Shown here: positions 49,328 through 58,880 of the stretch, piece by piece
How the letters are laid out: the number at the start of each line of letters is the position of its first letter
Position numbering within the stretch: position 1 is the first letter of the stretch
Origin: an uncultured Actinomycetota bacterium
GTDB lineage: Bacteria; Actinomycetota; Actinomycetes; Mycobacteriales; Mycobacteriaceae
Direction: 5' to 3'
Assembly: GCA_963808375.1 (NCBI GenBank)
Contig: CAWEFS010000008.1
Coordinates: 16,116 to 80,115 of the forward strand
DNA length: 64,000 nucleotides
Notes under the pieces: generated by a model
Told to the model about the DNA's origin: nothing
The model's database searches: none
What the model saw: the letters and a program-made list of their open reading frames with translations, nothing else
Translations under genes and position numbers: made by a program

Positions 49328-50746
49328 TTACAGGATGGCGCCCGGCGTGTACTTGGCCGCGTCGGGGTAGCGCCCGACCAGCGCGTCAACCGCCGCGACG
49401 ACCTCGTCGATCTGGTCACCGGCGGCACCGGTGAAGGCTTGCCGGTCGCCCAGCGCGGCGTCGAGCTGCTTGCGGTCCAGCGGCAACCGCGGGTCAGCAG
49501 CCAGCCGGCCCAGCAGATCGGGCTCGGCGCCGCGTTCCCGCATGCCCAGCGCCGTCGCGATGGCATGTTCCTTGATCACCTGATGCGCGACTTCTCGGCC
49601 CACACCCGCACGCACCGCGGCGATCAAGACCTTGGTGGTGGCCAGGAAGGGCAGGTAGCGGTCCAGCTCCCGCTGAATGACCGCGGGGTAGGCGCCGAAC
49701 TCGTCGAGCACGGTCAGGAAGGTCTCGGTCTGCCCGTCGACGGCGAAGAAACTGTCGGGCAGCGCCACCCTCCGCACCACCGAACAGAACACGTCGCCCT
49801 CGTTCCATTGGGCGCCGGCCAGCTCGGCGGCCATGGACGCGTAACCGCGCAGGACGACTTGCAGCCCGTTGACCCGCTCACAATTGCGGGTGTTCATCTT
49901 GTGCGGCATGGCCGACGAGCCGACCTGCCCGGGCGCGAAACCCTCGGTGACCAGTTCATGTCCGGCCATCAGCCGGATGGTGTGGGCCAGCGACGACGGG
50001 CCTGCCCCGAACTGGACCAGCGCGGACACCACGTCGTGGTCGAGCGACCGGGGGTAGACCTGCCCGACGCTCGTCAGCACGGTTGCGAAACCCAGAAAGT
50101 CGGCGATGAGGCGTTCCAACTGGGCCAGCTTCGCCGCGTCACCGCCGAGCAGATCGAGCATGTCCTGCGCGGTACCGACCGGGCCCTTGATGCCACGCAG
50201 CGGATAACGATCGATCAGCTCCCGCAGCCGGGTCAACGCGACCAGCGTTTCCTGGGCCGCAGACGCGAACCGCTTGCCCAGGGTGGTGGCCTGCGCGGCG
50301 ACGTTGTGGCTGCGTCCGGCCATCACCAGTTCGCGGTACGTCACGGCCCGTTCGGCGAGCCGCGCTACCACCGCCACGCCGTGGGCGAACACCACTTCCA
50401 GGGCACGACGTATCTGCAGTTGCTCGACGTTCTCGGTCAGATCACGGCTGGTCATGCCTTTATGCACGTGCTCGTGTCCGGCCAGCGCGTTGAACTCTTC
50501 GATGCGGGCTTTGACGTCGTGGCGCAACACCCGCTCCCGCGCAGCGATCGAGGACAGATCGACGTCGTCGACCACCCGCTCGTAATCGCCGAGCACCCCG
50601 TTCGGCAGGTCTACACCCAGTTCCGCCTGCGCGCGCAGCACCGCCAGCCACAGCCGCCGCTCGGCGACGACCTTGGCCTCCGGTGACCAGATCGCCACCA
50701 TCTCGGCGCTGGCGTACCGACTGGCCAGCACGTTCGGAACACTCAC
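49328..50746 (-). CDS. purB: Adenylosuccinate lyase PurB
   Basis: ORF 49328..50746 (GTG). Fumarate-lyase signature SSAMPHKMN. Confidence 0.95.
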   Translation of the reverse strand: MSVPNVLASRYASAEMVAIWSPEAKVVAERRLWLAVLRAQAELGVDLPNGVLGDYERVVDDVDLSSIAARERVLRHDVKARIEEFNALAGHEHVHKGMTSRDLTENVEQLQIRRALEVVFAHGVAVVARLAERAVTYRELVMAGRSHNVAAQATTLGKRFASAAQETLVALTRLRELIDRYPLRGIKGPVGTAQDMLDLLGGDAAKLAQLERLIADFLGFATVLTSVGQVYPRSLDHDVVSALVQFGAGPSSLAHTIRLMAGHELVTEGFAPGQVGSSAMPHKMNTRNCERVNGLQVVLRGYASMAAELAGAQWNEGDVFCSVVRRVALPDSFFAVDGQTETFLTVLDEFGAYPAVIQRELDRYLPFLATTKVLIAAVRAGVGREVAHQVIKEHAIATALGMRERGAEPDLLGRLAADPRLPLDRKQLDAALGDRQAFTGAAGDQIDEVVAAVDALVGRYPDAAKYTPGAIL

Positions 50747-50776
50747 AACGTCACAGCTTAAAGCCAGTCGGCGAGA

Positions 50777-52222
50777 TCACCCGGTGAGATCAGCGGTGGG
50801 ATCCCGGGACGGCGATACAGCTCCGCGGTCAGTGAGCCGACGTTTGACCAGCAATGTGACCATACTCAGCACTGCGCCGCTGACCACCAGGATCACGGCC
50901 AGCAGGTACTGCTGACCGGGTCGGCCCGAAAGCGGCGTCACCAGGTACAGCGAAGCCACGCAGCCGATGACCGGCAGCGCTCTCGGCGTGGTGAAGTGCT
51001 GGCGACGGGCCGCCTCGGTGTCACGTCGCAGCACCAGCACCGCGACGTTGACCATCGCGAACACCCCGAGCAGCAGCAGCGAGGTGGTGCCACCGAGGAC
51101 CGCGATCGCATTGCTGTTGGCGAACGCCGTGACGTAGAGAATGACCGCGAACGCGATCGCGGTGGTGCCCAGGATCGCCACCCACGGCGTTCGGCGGACC
51201 GGGCTGACCGCACCCAGAATCGGCGGCAGCACTTTCTGGCGGGCCATGCCGTAAATCAGCCTGCTGGCCATCAGCATGTTGATCAGCGCGGTGTTGGACA
51301 CGGCGACCATCGAGATGAAGGGCAGTAGATCCTTGATGGGCAAGCCCGGCGCTCCGGCCTGCACCACCTCGACCAGCGGTGTTTCGCTGGACTTCAGGGT
51401 GCCCACCGGGACGAGTGCCACCGCTACGACCGCCACCAGCAGGTAGACGGCGCCTGCGATGGCCAGCCCGGTCAGCAGCACCTTCGGGAAAATCTTGACC
51501 GGATTCTTCGTCTCCTCGGCCATGTTGACCGAGTCTTCGAAGCCGACCATCGCGAAGAACGCAAGCGACGTCGCGGTGGTGACAGCCAAAAAGACGTTCT
51601 TGTCGGCGGCGGTGTCGAAGGCGACGACCCGGCTGAAGTCGACGCCACGACCTGCCAGCACCGCCCACAATCCGACCAGTATGACCAACAGCAGGCCGGA
51701 GAACTCGATGCCGGACAAGACGACGTTGAGCCGAACACTATGGCCGACTCCGCGTAGGTTCACCGCGGCCAGCGCCGCGATGAACAGCAAGGCAATGACG
51801 ACGATGCCTACGGTTCCCCGGCCGACGTGAAAAGCGACGACGAAGTTCGCGGCGAAGAACCGGGACGCGGTGGACGCCGACGTGATGCCCGCGCACATCA
51901 CCACGAACGCGACCAGGAAGGTGAAGAAGGGACGACCGAAGGCCTTCTGCGCGTAGAGCGCGGCGCCCGCGGCTTGCGGATACTTCGTCACCAATTCGAG
52001 GTAGCTCAACGCGGTGACGGCCGCGATCAAGAACGCCAGCAGAAACGGCACCCAGGCGGCGCCGCCGACCTGCGCGGCGACGTCACCGACCAGCGCATAG
52101 ATGCCGGTACCCACGATGTCGCCGATGATGAACAGCAGCAGTAGGCCGGGTCCCATCACCCGGCGCAGCCGCGGCTGCTGCTCCGCCTCGCTGGTGTCTT
52201 CGGACACCTCGGACGCGTTCAC
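50777..52222 (-). CDS. APC-family amino acid permease
   Basis: ORF 50777..52222. Twelve-TM profile. The N-terminal IIGDIVGTGIYAL motif is typical of the APC superfamily. Confidence 0.85.
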   Translation of the reverse strand: MNASEVSEDTSEAEQQPRLRRVMGPGLLLLFIIGDIVGTGIYALVGDVAAQVGGAAWVPFLLAFLIAAVTALSYLELVTKYPQAAGAALYAQKAFGRPFFTFLVAFVVMCAGITSASTASRFFAANFVVAFHVGRGTVGIVVIALLFIAALAAVNLRGVGHSVRLNVVLSGIEFSGLLLVILVGLWAVLAGRGVDFSRVVAFDTAADKNVFLAVTTATSLAFFAMVGFEDSVNMAEETKNPVKIFPKVLLTGLAIAGAVYLLVAVVAVALVPVGTLKSSETPLVEVVQAGAPGLPIKDLLPFISMVAVSNTALINMLMASRLIYGMARQKVLPPILGAVSPVRRTPWVAILGTTAIAFAVILYVTAFANSNAIAVLGGTTSLLLLGVFAMVNVAVLVLRRDTEAARRQHFTTPRALPVIGCVASLYLVTPLSGRPGQQYLLAVILVVSGAVLSMVTLLVKRRLTDRGAVSPSRDPTADLTG

Positions 52223-52298
52223 GGCACCTCCCGAATTCGCCGGCTATTCGCCGACGGTTTCGGGCGAAGCCACCTTCGGTGGCCTGACGGCTAACAGC

Positions 52299-52919
52299 TC
52301 AAATGTGCACCGCTTGGTGGTCGTGCGGCGCAAGCACATCGATGATCTCGATCAGCGTAGCTCGCGCCGCTGTGCGCGGGACGGGCTCGTCTTCGACCAG
52401 CGCGCAAATCACCGCACCGTCGACCGCGCAGATCAAGTTGGAAACCAATTCAATCCGCACCGAACGGCCGGATCGCTCGATCGCTTCGGCGATGGCGTCG
52501 GCACGCTGGCGCATGTTGCGACGCTGGATCTTTCGCAGCGCCGGTTGACGGGCACAGGCGATGTAGCGCTCATATCGGGAGATCAACTGCTCGGTCTGGC
52601 CGGGACCAGGCTCCTCGCTGACGAGAAGGTCGACCAAGACGTCGGCAGTGCTCTCCGCGCCGCGCCTGCGCCGGGACACGGCCGCGACCCGGGCGCGCAA
52701 CCGTGCGACCTCGAGCATGCCGATGTGCTCGACCGCGCTGATGATCAGGTCGTCCAGCGAGGAGAAGTAATAGGTGGTCGACGCCAACGGCAGACCTGCC
52801 CGGCGGGCGACTGCACGATGGCGCACCGCTTCGAAACCACCTTCACACAGCAGCTCGGCGGCGGCGCTGACCAGCGCATACCGTCGCCGTTCTCCCTTGG
52901 GAGTGACTGCCGCGGTCAC
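52299..52919 (-). CDS. TetR family transcriptional regulator
   Basis: ORF 52299..52919. [33 protein letters not shown]. Lies upstream of, and co-directional with, the APC permease. Confidence 0.8.
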   Translation of the reverse strand: MTAAVTPKGERRRYALVSAAAELLCEGGFEAVRHRAVARRAGLPLASTTYYFSSLDDLIISAVEHIGMLEVARLRARVAAVSRRRRGAESTADVLVDLLVSEEPGPGQTEQLISRYERYIACARQPALRKIQRRNMRQRADAIAEAIERSGRSVRIELVSNLICAVDGAVICALVEDEPVPRTAARATLIEIIDVLAPHDHQAVHI

Positions 52920-52994
52920 GGGTAGTAATGCTGCCAGTCAGCTTGGTGCCGCATGGCTCTTTCGGACAATCGGTTCTCAGCGGCGCCTTTTGGC

Positions 52995-53153
52995 GCGCCG
53001 GCGACGATGCAGAGCGACAGCGATGAGGAGGAGCGGCGCCTCCTAATGCGCCGGCGACGATGCAGAGCGACAGCGATGAGGAGGAGCGGCGCCTCCTAAT
53101 GCGCCGGCGACGATGCAGAGCGACAGCGATGAGGAGGAGCGGCGCCTCCTATG
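52995..53153. repeat. MIRU-type tandem repeat, 3 near-identical 53-bp units (VNTR locus)
   Basis: GCGCCGGCGACGATGCAGAGCGACAGCGATGAGGAGGAGCGGCGCCTCCTAAT begins at 52995, 53048 and 53101. A partial unit lies upstream. Each unit carries an 18-codon (17-aa) mini-ORF joined to the next by TAATG. Confidence 0.85.
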
Positions 53154-53163
53154 ATGTCTTCCC

Positions 53164-54057
53164 ATGCCGCAGATGTCCCGTCGAGCCGTCTTGCGCCTGG
53201 GCGCCAGCGCGGCCGCCGGCGCGTTCGGCGGTTACGCGCTCGACATGCTGCTGCAGTCGCGGCCCTCCTCGGCGGTGCCCATTCGGACGACCGGGTACAG
53301 CGCGCCGCTGGCTCCGCCGATGCCGTTGGAGCCGGCGCCGGTCGCGGCGCCGACGATGACGACCGGTTCGTTCGCGTCTGCGGCGCGCGGCGGGATCACC
53401 ACCAACTGGGCCATCGCCCGCCCGCCCGGTCAGAGCAAGCCGTTACGTCCGGTGATCGCGCTGCACGGCAAGGGCAGTGACGCGACCACCGTGATGTCCG
53501 GCGGCGTCGAGCAGGGCCTCGCCCAGGCCGTCAACGCGGGACTGCCGCCGTTCGCGGTGGTCGCTGTCGACGGCGGCGGCAGCTACTGGCACAAACGAGC
53601 CTCTGGCGAGGACTCCGGCGCCATGGTGCTCAACGAGCTGATCCCGATGCTGGGTGCTCAAGGTTTGGACACCTCACGGGTGGCGTTCCTGGGCTGGTCG
53701 ATGGGTGGCTACGGCGCGTTACTGCTGGGCGGCCGGCTTGGGGCGGCCCGCACCGCGGCGATCTGCGCAGTGAGCCCCGCGTTGTGGCTGTCTCCAGGAG
53801 CAACCGCGCCGGGCGCCTTCGACGGCGCCGACGACTGGTCGGCGAACTCGGTATTCGGCATGCCTGCACTGGCGTCCATCCCGATTCGCGTCGACTGCGG
53901 CGACAGCGACCCGTTCTACGGCGCGACCAAACAGTTCGTGGCCCAGCTGCCCAACCCGCCGGCGGGCGGCTTTTCGCCCGGCGGGCACGACCCCTCGTTC
54001 TGGAGCGCCCAGCTGCCCGCCGAGCTGACCTGGATGGCGCCGCTGCTGACCGCTTAG
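53164..54057 (+). CDS. Tat-exported alpha/beta-hydrolase (esterase D-type, Rv0774c-like)
   Basis: ORF 53164..54057. Twin-arginine leader MSRRAVLRLGASAAAGA. Nucleophile elbow GWSMGGYGA. Confidence 0.75.
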   Translation: MPQMSRRAVLRLGASAAAGAFGGYALDMLLQSRPSSAVPIRTTGYSAPLAPPMPLEPAPVAAPTMTTGSFASAARGGITTNWAIARPPGQSKPLRPVIALHGKGSDATTVMSGGVEQGLAQAVNAGLPPFAVVAVDGGGSYWHKRASGEDSGAMVLNELIPMLGAQGLDTSRVAFLGWSMGGYGALLLGGRLGAARTAAICAVSPALWLSPGATAPGAFDGADDWSANSVFGMPALASIPIRVDCGDSDPFYGATKQFVAQLPNPPAGGFSPGGHDPSFWSAQLPAELTWMAPLLTA

Positions 54058-54214
54058 CGGCGATCGCGAGGGCGGCTGAAAGCCGGACGAGCGGGTCGCC
54101 GCCGATCACTGAGCAACGTCCGGACCAGGGAGTTCACCTTCGCGGTGTATGGTGCACAACTGTTCACTTGAGCGTGCGGGGGGCCGGCCGCAGGACGCCG
54201 AAAGGAATATGCGC

Positions 54215-55426
54215 ATGTCGTTTTCACTCGACCTCTCCGAAGACGTGATCCACGTCCGGGACTGGGTGCATGAATTCGCCGCCGATGTCATGCGGCCCGC
54301 CGCAGCGGAATGGGACGAACGCGAGGAAACCCCGTGGCCCATCATCCAAGAGGCCGCCAAGGTCGGCCTGTACTCCCTCGACCTGTTCGCCGAGCAGTCC
54401 GCCGAACCCAGCGGGCTGGGCTTGCTAACGGTGTTCGAGGAAATGTTCTGGGGTGACGCCGGTATCGCGTTGTCGATCCTGGGTACCGGGCTGGCCGCCG
54501 CGTCGCTGGCCGCCAACGGCACTCCCGAGCAGCTCGGCGAATGGCTGCCGCAGATGTTCGGCACCGTCGACGACCCGAAGCTGGCCTCGTTCTGTTCGTC
54601 GGAACCCGCCGCCGGGTCAGACGTCGGCGCGATCCTGACCAGGGCGCGGTACGACGAAGCCACCGACGAGTGGGTGCTCAACGGAACCAAAACCTGGGCC
54701 ACCAACGGCGGCATCGCGAACGTGCACATCGTGGTGGCATCGGTCTATCCCGAACTCGGTTCGCGCGGCCAGGCGACCTTCATCATTCCGCCGGACACAC
54801 CGGGCTTCAAGCAGGGCCAGAAATTCCTCAAGCACGGTATTCGCGCCTCGCACACCGCTGAGGTGGTGCTGGAGGACGTCCGCCTTCCAGGGCGGTTATT
54901 GGTGGGCGGCAAGGAGAAGTTCGAGCACCGGATCGCCCGGGTGCGGGAAGGCAAGCGCGCTGCGGGCCAAGCGGCGATGGCGACCTTCGAGCGCACCCGG
55001 CCCACGGTCGGAGCGATGGCGCTGGGCGTAGCGCGCGCCGCCTATGAGTACGCATTGGAATACGCCCAGCAGCGTGAGCAGTTCGGCCGCAAGATCGGCG
55101 ACTTTCAGGCGATCGGATTCAAACTGGCCGACATGAAATCCAGGATCGACGCTTCCCGGCTGCTGGTGTGGCGAGCCGGATGGATGGCCCGAAATAACAA
55201 GCCGTTCCACAACGCCGAGGGATCGATGGCCAAGCTGGTGGCCAGCGAAACCGCGGTGTACGTCACCGAGGAAGCGATTCAGATTCTCGGCGGCAACGGC
55301 TACACCCGCGATTATCCAGTGGAGCGCATGCACCGCGACGCGAAGATCTTCACCATCTTCGAGGGCACCAGCGAGATTCAGCGGCTGGTGATGGCACGGG
55401 CCGTCACCGGCCTGCCGCTGCGTTGA
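54215..55426 (+). CDS. Acyl-CoA dehydrogenase
   Basis: ORF 54149..55426 trimmed to ATG 54215 (AAAGGAA Shine-Dalgarno; ATG 54209 is an alternative). ACAD N/M/C domains. C-terminal catalytic region [24 protein letters not shown]. Confidence 0.85.
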   Translation: MSFSLDLSEDVIHVRDWVHEFAADVMRPAAAEWDEREETPWPIIQEAAKVGLYSLDLFAEQSAEPSGLGLLTVFEEMFWGDAGIALSILGTGLAAASLAANGTPEQLGEWLPQMFGTVDDPKLASFCSSEPAAGSDVGAILTRARYDEATDEWVLNGTKTWATNGGIANVHIVVASVYPELGSRGQATFIIPPDTPGFKQGQKFLKHGIRASHTAEVVLEDVRLPGRLLVGGKEKFEHRIARVREGKRAAGQAAMATFERTRPTVGAMALGVARAAYEYALEYAQQREQFGRKIGDFQAIGFKLADMKSRIDASRLLVWRAGWMARNNKPFHNAEGSMAKLVASETAVYVTEEAIQILGGNGYTRDYPVERMHRDAKIFTIFEGTSEIQRLVMARAVTGLPLR

Positions 55427-55462
55427 GGCATTACCAGGCAGCCTGCGTGCGCCTGCTCGGCG

Positions 55463-57184
55463 TCATGCGCCGGCGCTGAACTGGGGTTTGGCCGCGCTTT
55501 TCGGGTTCAGGCTGGTCAGATGTCCGCTTTCGACGCCGGCTGCCGGATCGAGTTGACAGTCGATGATCGCCGGCTGCCGCGACGCCAGAGCGTCGCTGAG
55601 CGCCGACTTCAGCTCCGCGGGGGTAGTGACGTGAAACCCGTTGCCGCCGAATGCTTTTGCCAGTAATTCGTGGTGGGCACGGGTGCTGAGGACGGTGGGT
55701 GCCGGATCAGCGCCATCGCTTGCCTGTTCGTCACCGCGGTAGACTCCGCCGTTGTTGAGGATGACGACGGTGACCGGTAGCCGGTAGCGGCATATCGTTT
55801 CGAATTCCATGCCGCTGAAGCCGAACGCACTGTCGCCTTCGATGGCAACGACCGGATGCCCGGTCTCGACCGCCGTGGCAATGGCGTAGCCCAGGCCGAT
55901 ACCCATCACCCCCCAGGTTCCGCTGTCGAGCCGATGCCGCGGAACCTCCATGTTGATAACGTTGCGGGCGACGTCCAAGGCGTTGGCACCCTCGTTGACC
56001 ACGTACACCTCCGGGTGTTCGGCCAGCACATCACGAACGGTGCGCAAGGCGTTGAGAAACCGCATCGGGTGTGGATCGTCGGCCAGCCGTTTGCGCATCG
56101 CGGCCTCGTTGTGCGACTTGCGTTCGGCGAGCTCGGAGGCCCAGGCGGGCGGCGCGAGGATCGGCCGCGTCTGCGTACGGTCGAGCAGCGCTGACATGAC
56201 CGAGTCGATGTCGCCGGCCAGTGGCGCAGCGATCGGTCGGTTGCTGTCGAATTCCGATGCCTCGATGTCGACCTGAATGAACCGCGCGTCCGCCGACCAG
56301 GGCGGTGATTGCCCATGGCTGAGCAGCCAGTTCAGCCGAGCACCCACCAAAAGCACCACATCGGCCCGCGACAGCGCCAGCGAGCGCGCCGCCGCGACGG
56401 ATTGCGGATGTGAATCCGGCAGCAGCCCCTTAGCCATCGACATCGGCAGGAACGGAAGGCCGGTGGACTCGACGAAGGCGCGAATCGCCTTGTCGGCCTT
56501 CGCGTAGGCGGCACCTTTGCCCAAGACGATCAGCGGTCGCTGCGCTTGCGCCAGTAGATCGAGGGCACGGTCGACCGCATCGGGTGCGGGCGACTGTCGC
56601 GGCGCCGGGTCGACGACTCGCCAGATGGTGTCGGCCGCGGCGCGCGCGTCGATGGCCTCGGCGAGCACTACACCCGGTATGTCGAGGTAGACGCCGCCGG
56701 GCCGGCCGGAGACCGCGCTGCGGATCGCGCGGGCCACCCCGATACCGATGTCCTCCACCCGCGCAATGCGGTAGGCCGCCTTGGCGAACGGCCGGGCCGC
56801 GGCGAGCTGGTCGAGTTCCTCGTAGTCGCCGCGCTGCAAGTCCACGATCGGGCGATCGCTGGATCCGGCGATGTGGATCATCGGGAAGCAGTTCGTCGTC
56901 GCGTTCGCCAACGCCACCAAGCCGTTGAGAAAGCCGGGGCCGGAGACCGTCAAGCACACGCCGGGCCGCTGGGTGAGGAAACCGGCAGCGGCCGCCGCAT
57001 TGCCGGCTGATGTCTCATGCCGGAAACCGACGAACCGGATCCCCGAGTTCTGCGCGACACGGGCAAGGTCGGTAATGGGAATGCCGACCAGCCCGTAGAT
57101 CGTATCCACGTCGTTCAGCTTCAACGCGTCCACCAGCAGGTGGAAACCGTCGGTCAGCTCTACGCTCGCCGATGCTGTGGTCAC
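55463..57184 (-). CDS. oxc: Oxalyl-CoA decarboxylase (ThDP-dependent)
   Basis: C-terminal 573 codons of ORF 55463..58504, starting at GTG 57184 (AAGAGGAG Shine-Dalgarno 8 nt upstream). ThDP motif GDSAFGFSGMEFETICRYRLPVTVVILNNGG. Confidence 0.85.
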   Translation of the reverse strand: MTTASASVELTDGFHLLVDALKLNDVDTIYGLVGIPITDLARVAQNSGIRFVGFRHETSAGNAAAAAGFLTQRPGVCLTVSGPGFLNGLVALANATTNCFPMIHIAGSSDRPIVDLQRGDYEELDQLAAARPFAKAAYRIARVEDIGIGVARAIRSAVSGRPGGVYLDIPGVVLAEAIDARAAADTIWRVVDPAPRQSPAPDAVDRALDLLAQAQRPLIVLGKGAAYAKADKAIRAFVESTGLPFLPMSMAKGLLPDSHPQSVAAARSLALSRADVVLLVGARLNWLLSHGQSPPWSADARFIQVDIEASEFDSNRPIAAPLAGDIDSVMSALLDRTQTRPILAPPAWASELAERKSHNEAAMRKRLADDPHPMRFLNALRTVRDVLAEHPEVYVVNEGANALDVARNVINMEVPRHRLDSGTWGVMGIGLGYAIATAVETGHPVVAIEGDSAFGFSGMEFETICRYRLPVTVVILNNGGVYRGDEQASDGADPAPTVLSTRAHHELLAKAFGGNGFHVTTPAELKSALSDALASRQPAIIDCQLDPAAGVESGHLTSLNPKSAAKPQFSAGA

Positions 57185-57334
57185 TGGTGACACTCCTCTT
57201 CCGATCGGGTACTCGCTCGCTGTGCTGCTGCACCCCACTGTGGTCGCGTCCCCGGGTTGCGTCCAAGACCAAAATGCTATGCAGCGACACTCGCCGTTCA
57301 TCGAGTCCGGCCGCGCCCGGAAGAAAGGTCGAAC

Positions 57335-58876
57335 ATGACGACCGGCTCCCCTTCGGGTACCCGCATCGCCGATCTGCTCAGGACCGCGGCCAGCCAGCGC
57401 CCCGAGGCAACCGCGCTGGTGGTCACCACGAATCGGACACCGATCAGCTACGGCTCGCTGACCCGGTTGGTCGACGACCTGGCCGGTGAATTGGCCGACG
57501 GCGGCCTGCGGCCCGGCGACCGGGTCGGCCTGCGCGCGCCCAGCAGCGCGGAGTTCGTCGTCGGGCTGTTCGCAGCTTCCCGCGCGGGTTTGGTCGCGGT
57601 GCCGTTGGATCCCGCGCTGCCGGTCGTCGACCAGCAAGCCAGGGTCCGGGCGGCCGGAGCCCGAGCCGTCGTGGTCGGTGACCGCGAGCCGGCCGCAACA
57701 GGTGATGCGACGTTCCCGTCCTGGCCGATTTCGGTGGTCGTCGGCGGCGGGAACGTGGGAGCCCACCTGGACACGGCGGCTGGTCCGTACCCGCCGGCGT
57801 CGGCTCCAGACGACCTCAGCGCCGACGACGCCCTGATCATGTTCACCGGGGGCACCACCGGGACACCGAAAATGGTTCCGTGGACACACGACAACATCGC
57901 GACCTCGGTCCGCAACGTCATCGCCACCTACGGGCTCGGCCCGGACGATGCGACGGTCGCGGTGATGCCGCTGTTCCACGGGCACGGGCTGATCGCCACC
58001 CTTTTGTCGACCCTGGCGTCCGGCGGTGCTGTGCTCGTCCCGGCCCGGGGCAAGTTCTCCGCGCACACCTTCGCCGACGATGTCGATGCCGCCCACGCCA
58101 CCTGGTTCACCGCGGTGCCGACGATTCATCAGATCCTGCTTGATCGCAGCCCTGCCCAAGCCGGATCGACCGGCACTGCGCTGCGTTTCATCCGCAGCTG
58201 CAGCGCGGCGCTGCATCCGGAGGTGGCTGAAGCGGTGCAGGCTCAGTTCGCAGCACCGGTGCTCAGCGCCTACGGCATGACTGAGGCCACCCATCAGGTG
58301 GCGAGCACCGGCGACACCGACAAGATCACAGCCGGCCTGGTCGGGCGGCCGACAGGAGTGGAGTTCCAGATCGTCGGAGACGACGGCCGACCCTGTCCTC
58401 CGGACGGCATCGGGGAGATCTGGGTCCGCGGCCCCACGGTGGTACGCGGCTACTTGGCCAACCCGACCGCGACCGCGCAGACCTTCACCGACGGCTGGCT
58501 GCACACCGGTGACTTGGGTTCACTGTCGCCCGACGGGGAGCTGACGCTGCAGGGCCGGATCAAGGAACTGATCAACCGGGGTGGAGAGAAGATATCCCCG
58601 GAACGGGTCGAGGGTGTCCTGGCCGGTCACCCCAACGTCGTGGAGGCAGCGGTATTCGGCGTTTGCGACCGGCTCTACGGGGAGACGGTCGCCGCCGTGG
58701 TGGTGCCCGACCGGTCGGCCCCGCCGACGTCCGCCGCACTGGCCGAGTACTGCCGCGACCGGCTGGCCGCCTTCGAGGTGCCGGCCAGCATCGGCATAGT
58801 CGACGAGTTACCGCACACCGCCAAGGGTTCGGTCGACCGCCGGGCGGTAGCCGAGCGGTTCGGGACGGCGGTCTGA
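57335..58876 (+). CDS. fadD7: Acyl/oxalate-CoA ligase (FadD7-like adenylate-forming enzyme)
   Basis: ORF 57257..58876 trimmed to ATG 57335. AMP-binding motifs MFTGGTTGTPK, YGMTE and GWLHTGD. Divergent from oxc. Confidence 0.8.
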   Translation: MTTGSPSGTRIADLLRTAASQRPEATALVVTTNRTPISYGSLTRLVDDLAGELADGGLRPGDRVGLRAPSSAEFVVGLFAASRAGLVAVPLDPALPVVDQQARVRAAGARAVVVGDREPAATGDATFPSWPISVVVGGGNVGAHLDTAAGPYPPASAPDDLSADDALIMFTGGTTGTPKMVPWTHDNIATSVRNVIATYGLGPDDATVAVMPLFHGHGLIATLLSTLASGGAVLVPARGKFSAHTFADDVDAAHATWFTAVPTIHQILLDRSPAQAGSTGTALRFIRSCSAALHPEVAEAVQAQFAAPVLSAYGMTEATHQVASTGDTDKITAGLVGRPTGVEFQIVGDDGRPCPPDGIGEIWVRGPTVVRGYLANPTATAQTFTDGWLHTGDLGSLSPDGELTLQGRIKELINRGGEKISPERVEGVLAGHPNVVEAAVFGVCDRLYGETVAAVVVPDRSAPPTSAALAEYCRDRLAAFEVPASIGIVDELPHTAKGSVDRRAVAERFGTAV

Positions 58877-58880
58877 AGCG

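Noticed and set aside
52978-53163. Possible CRISPR array (regular short repeats)
   Set aside because: The units are directly tandem with no unique spacers. There are no cas genes. The sequence matches the MIRU design instead.
57185-58504. N-terminal 440 codons of the 1013-aa ORF 55463..58504
   Set aside because: This part runs antisense through the fadD7-like gene and is Arg/Gly-rich nonsense. Oxc homology begins at GTG 57184, which has a strong AAGAGGAG Shine-Dalgarno.
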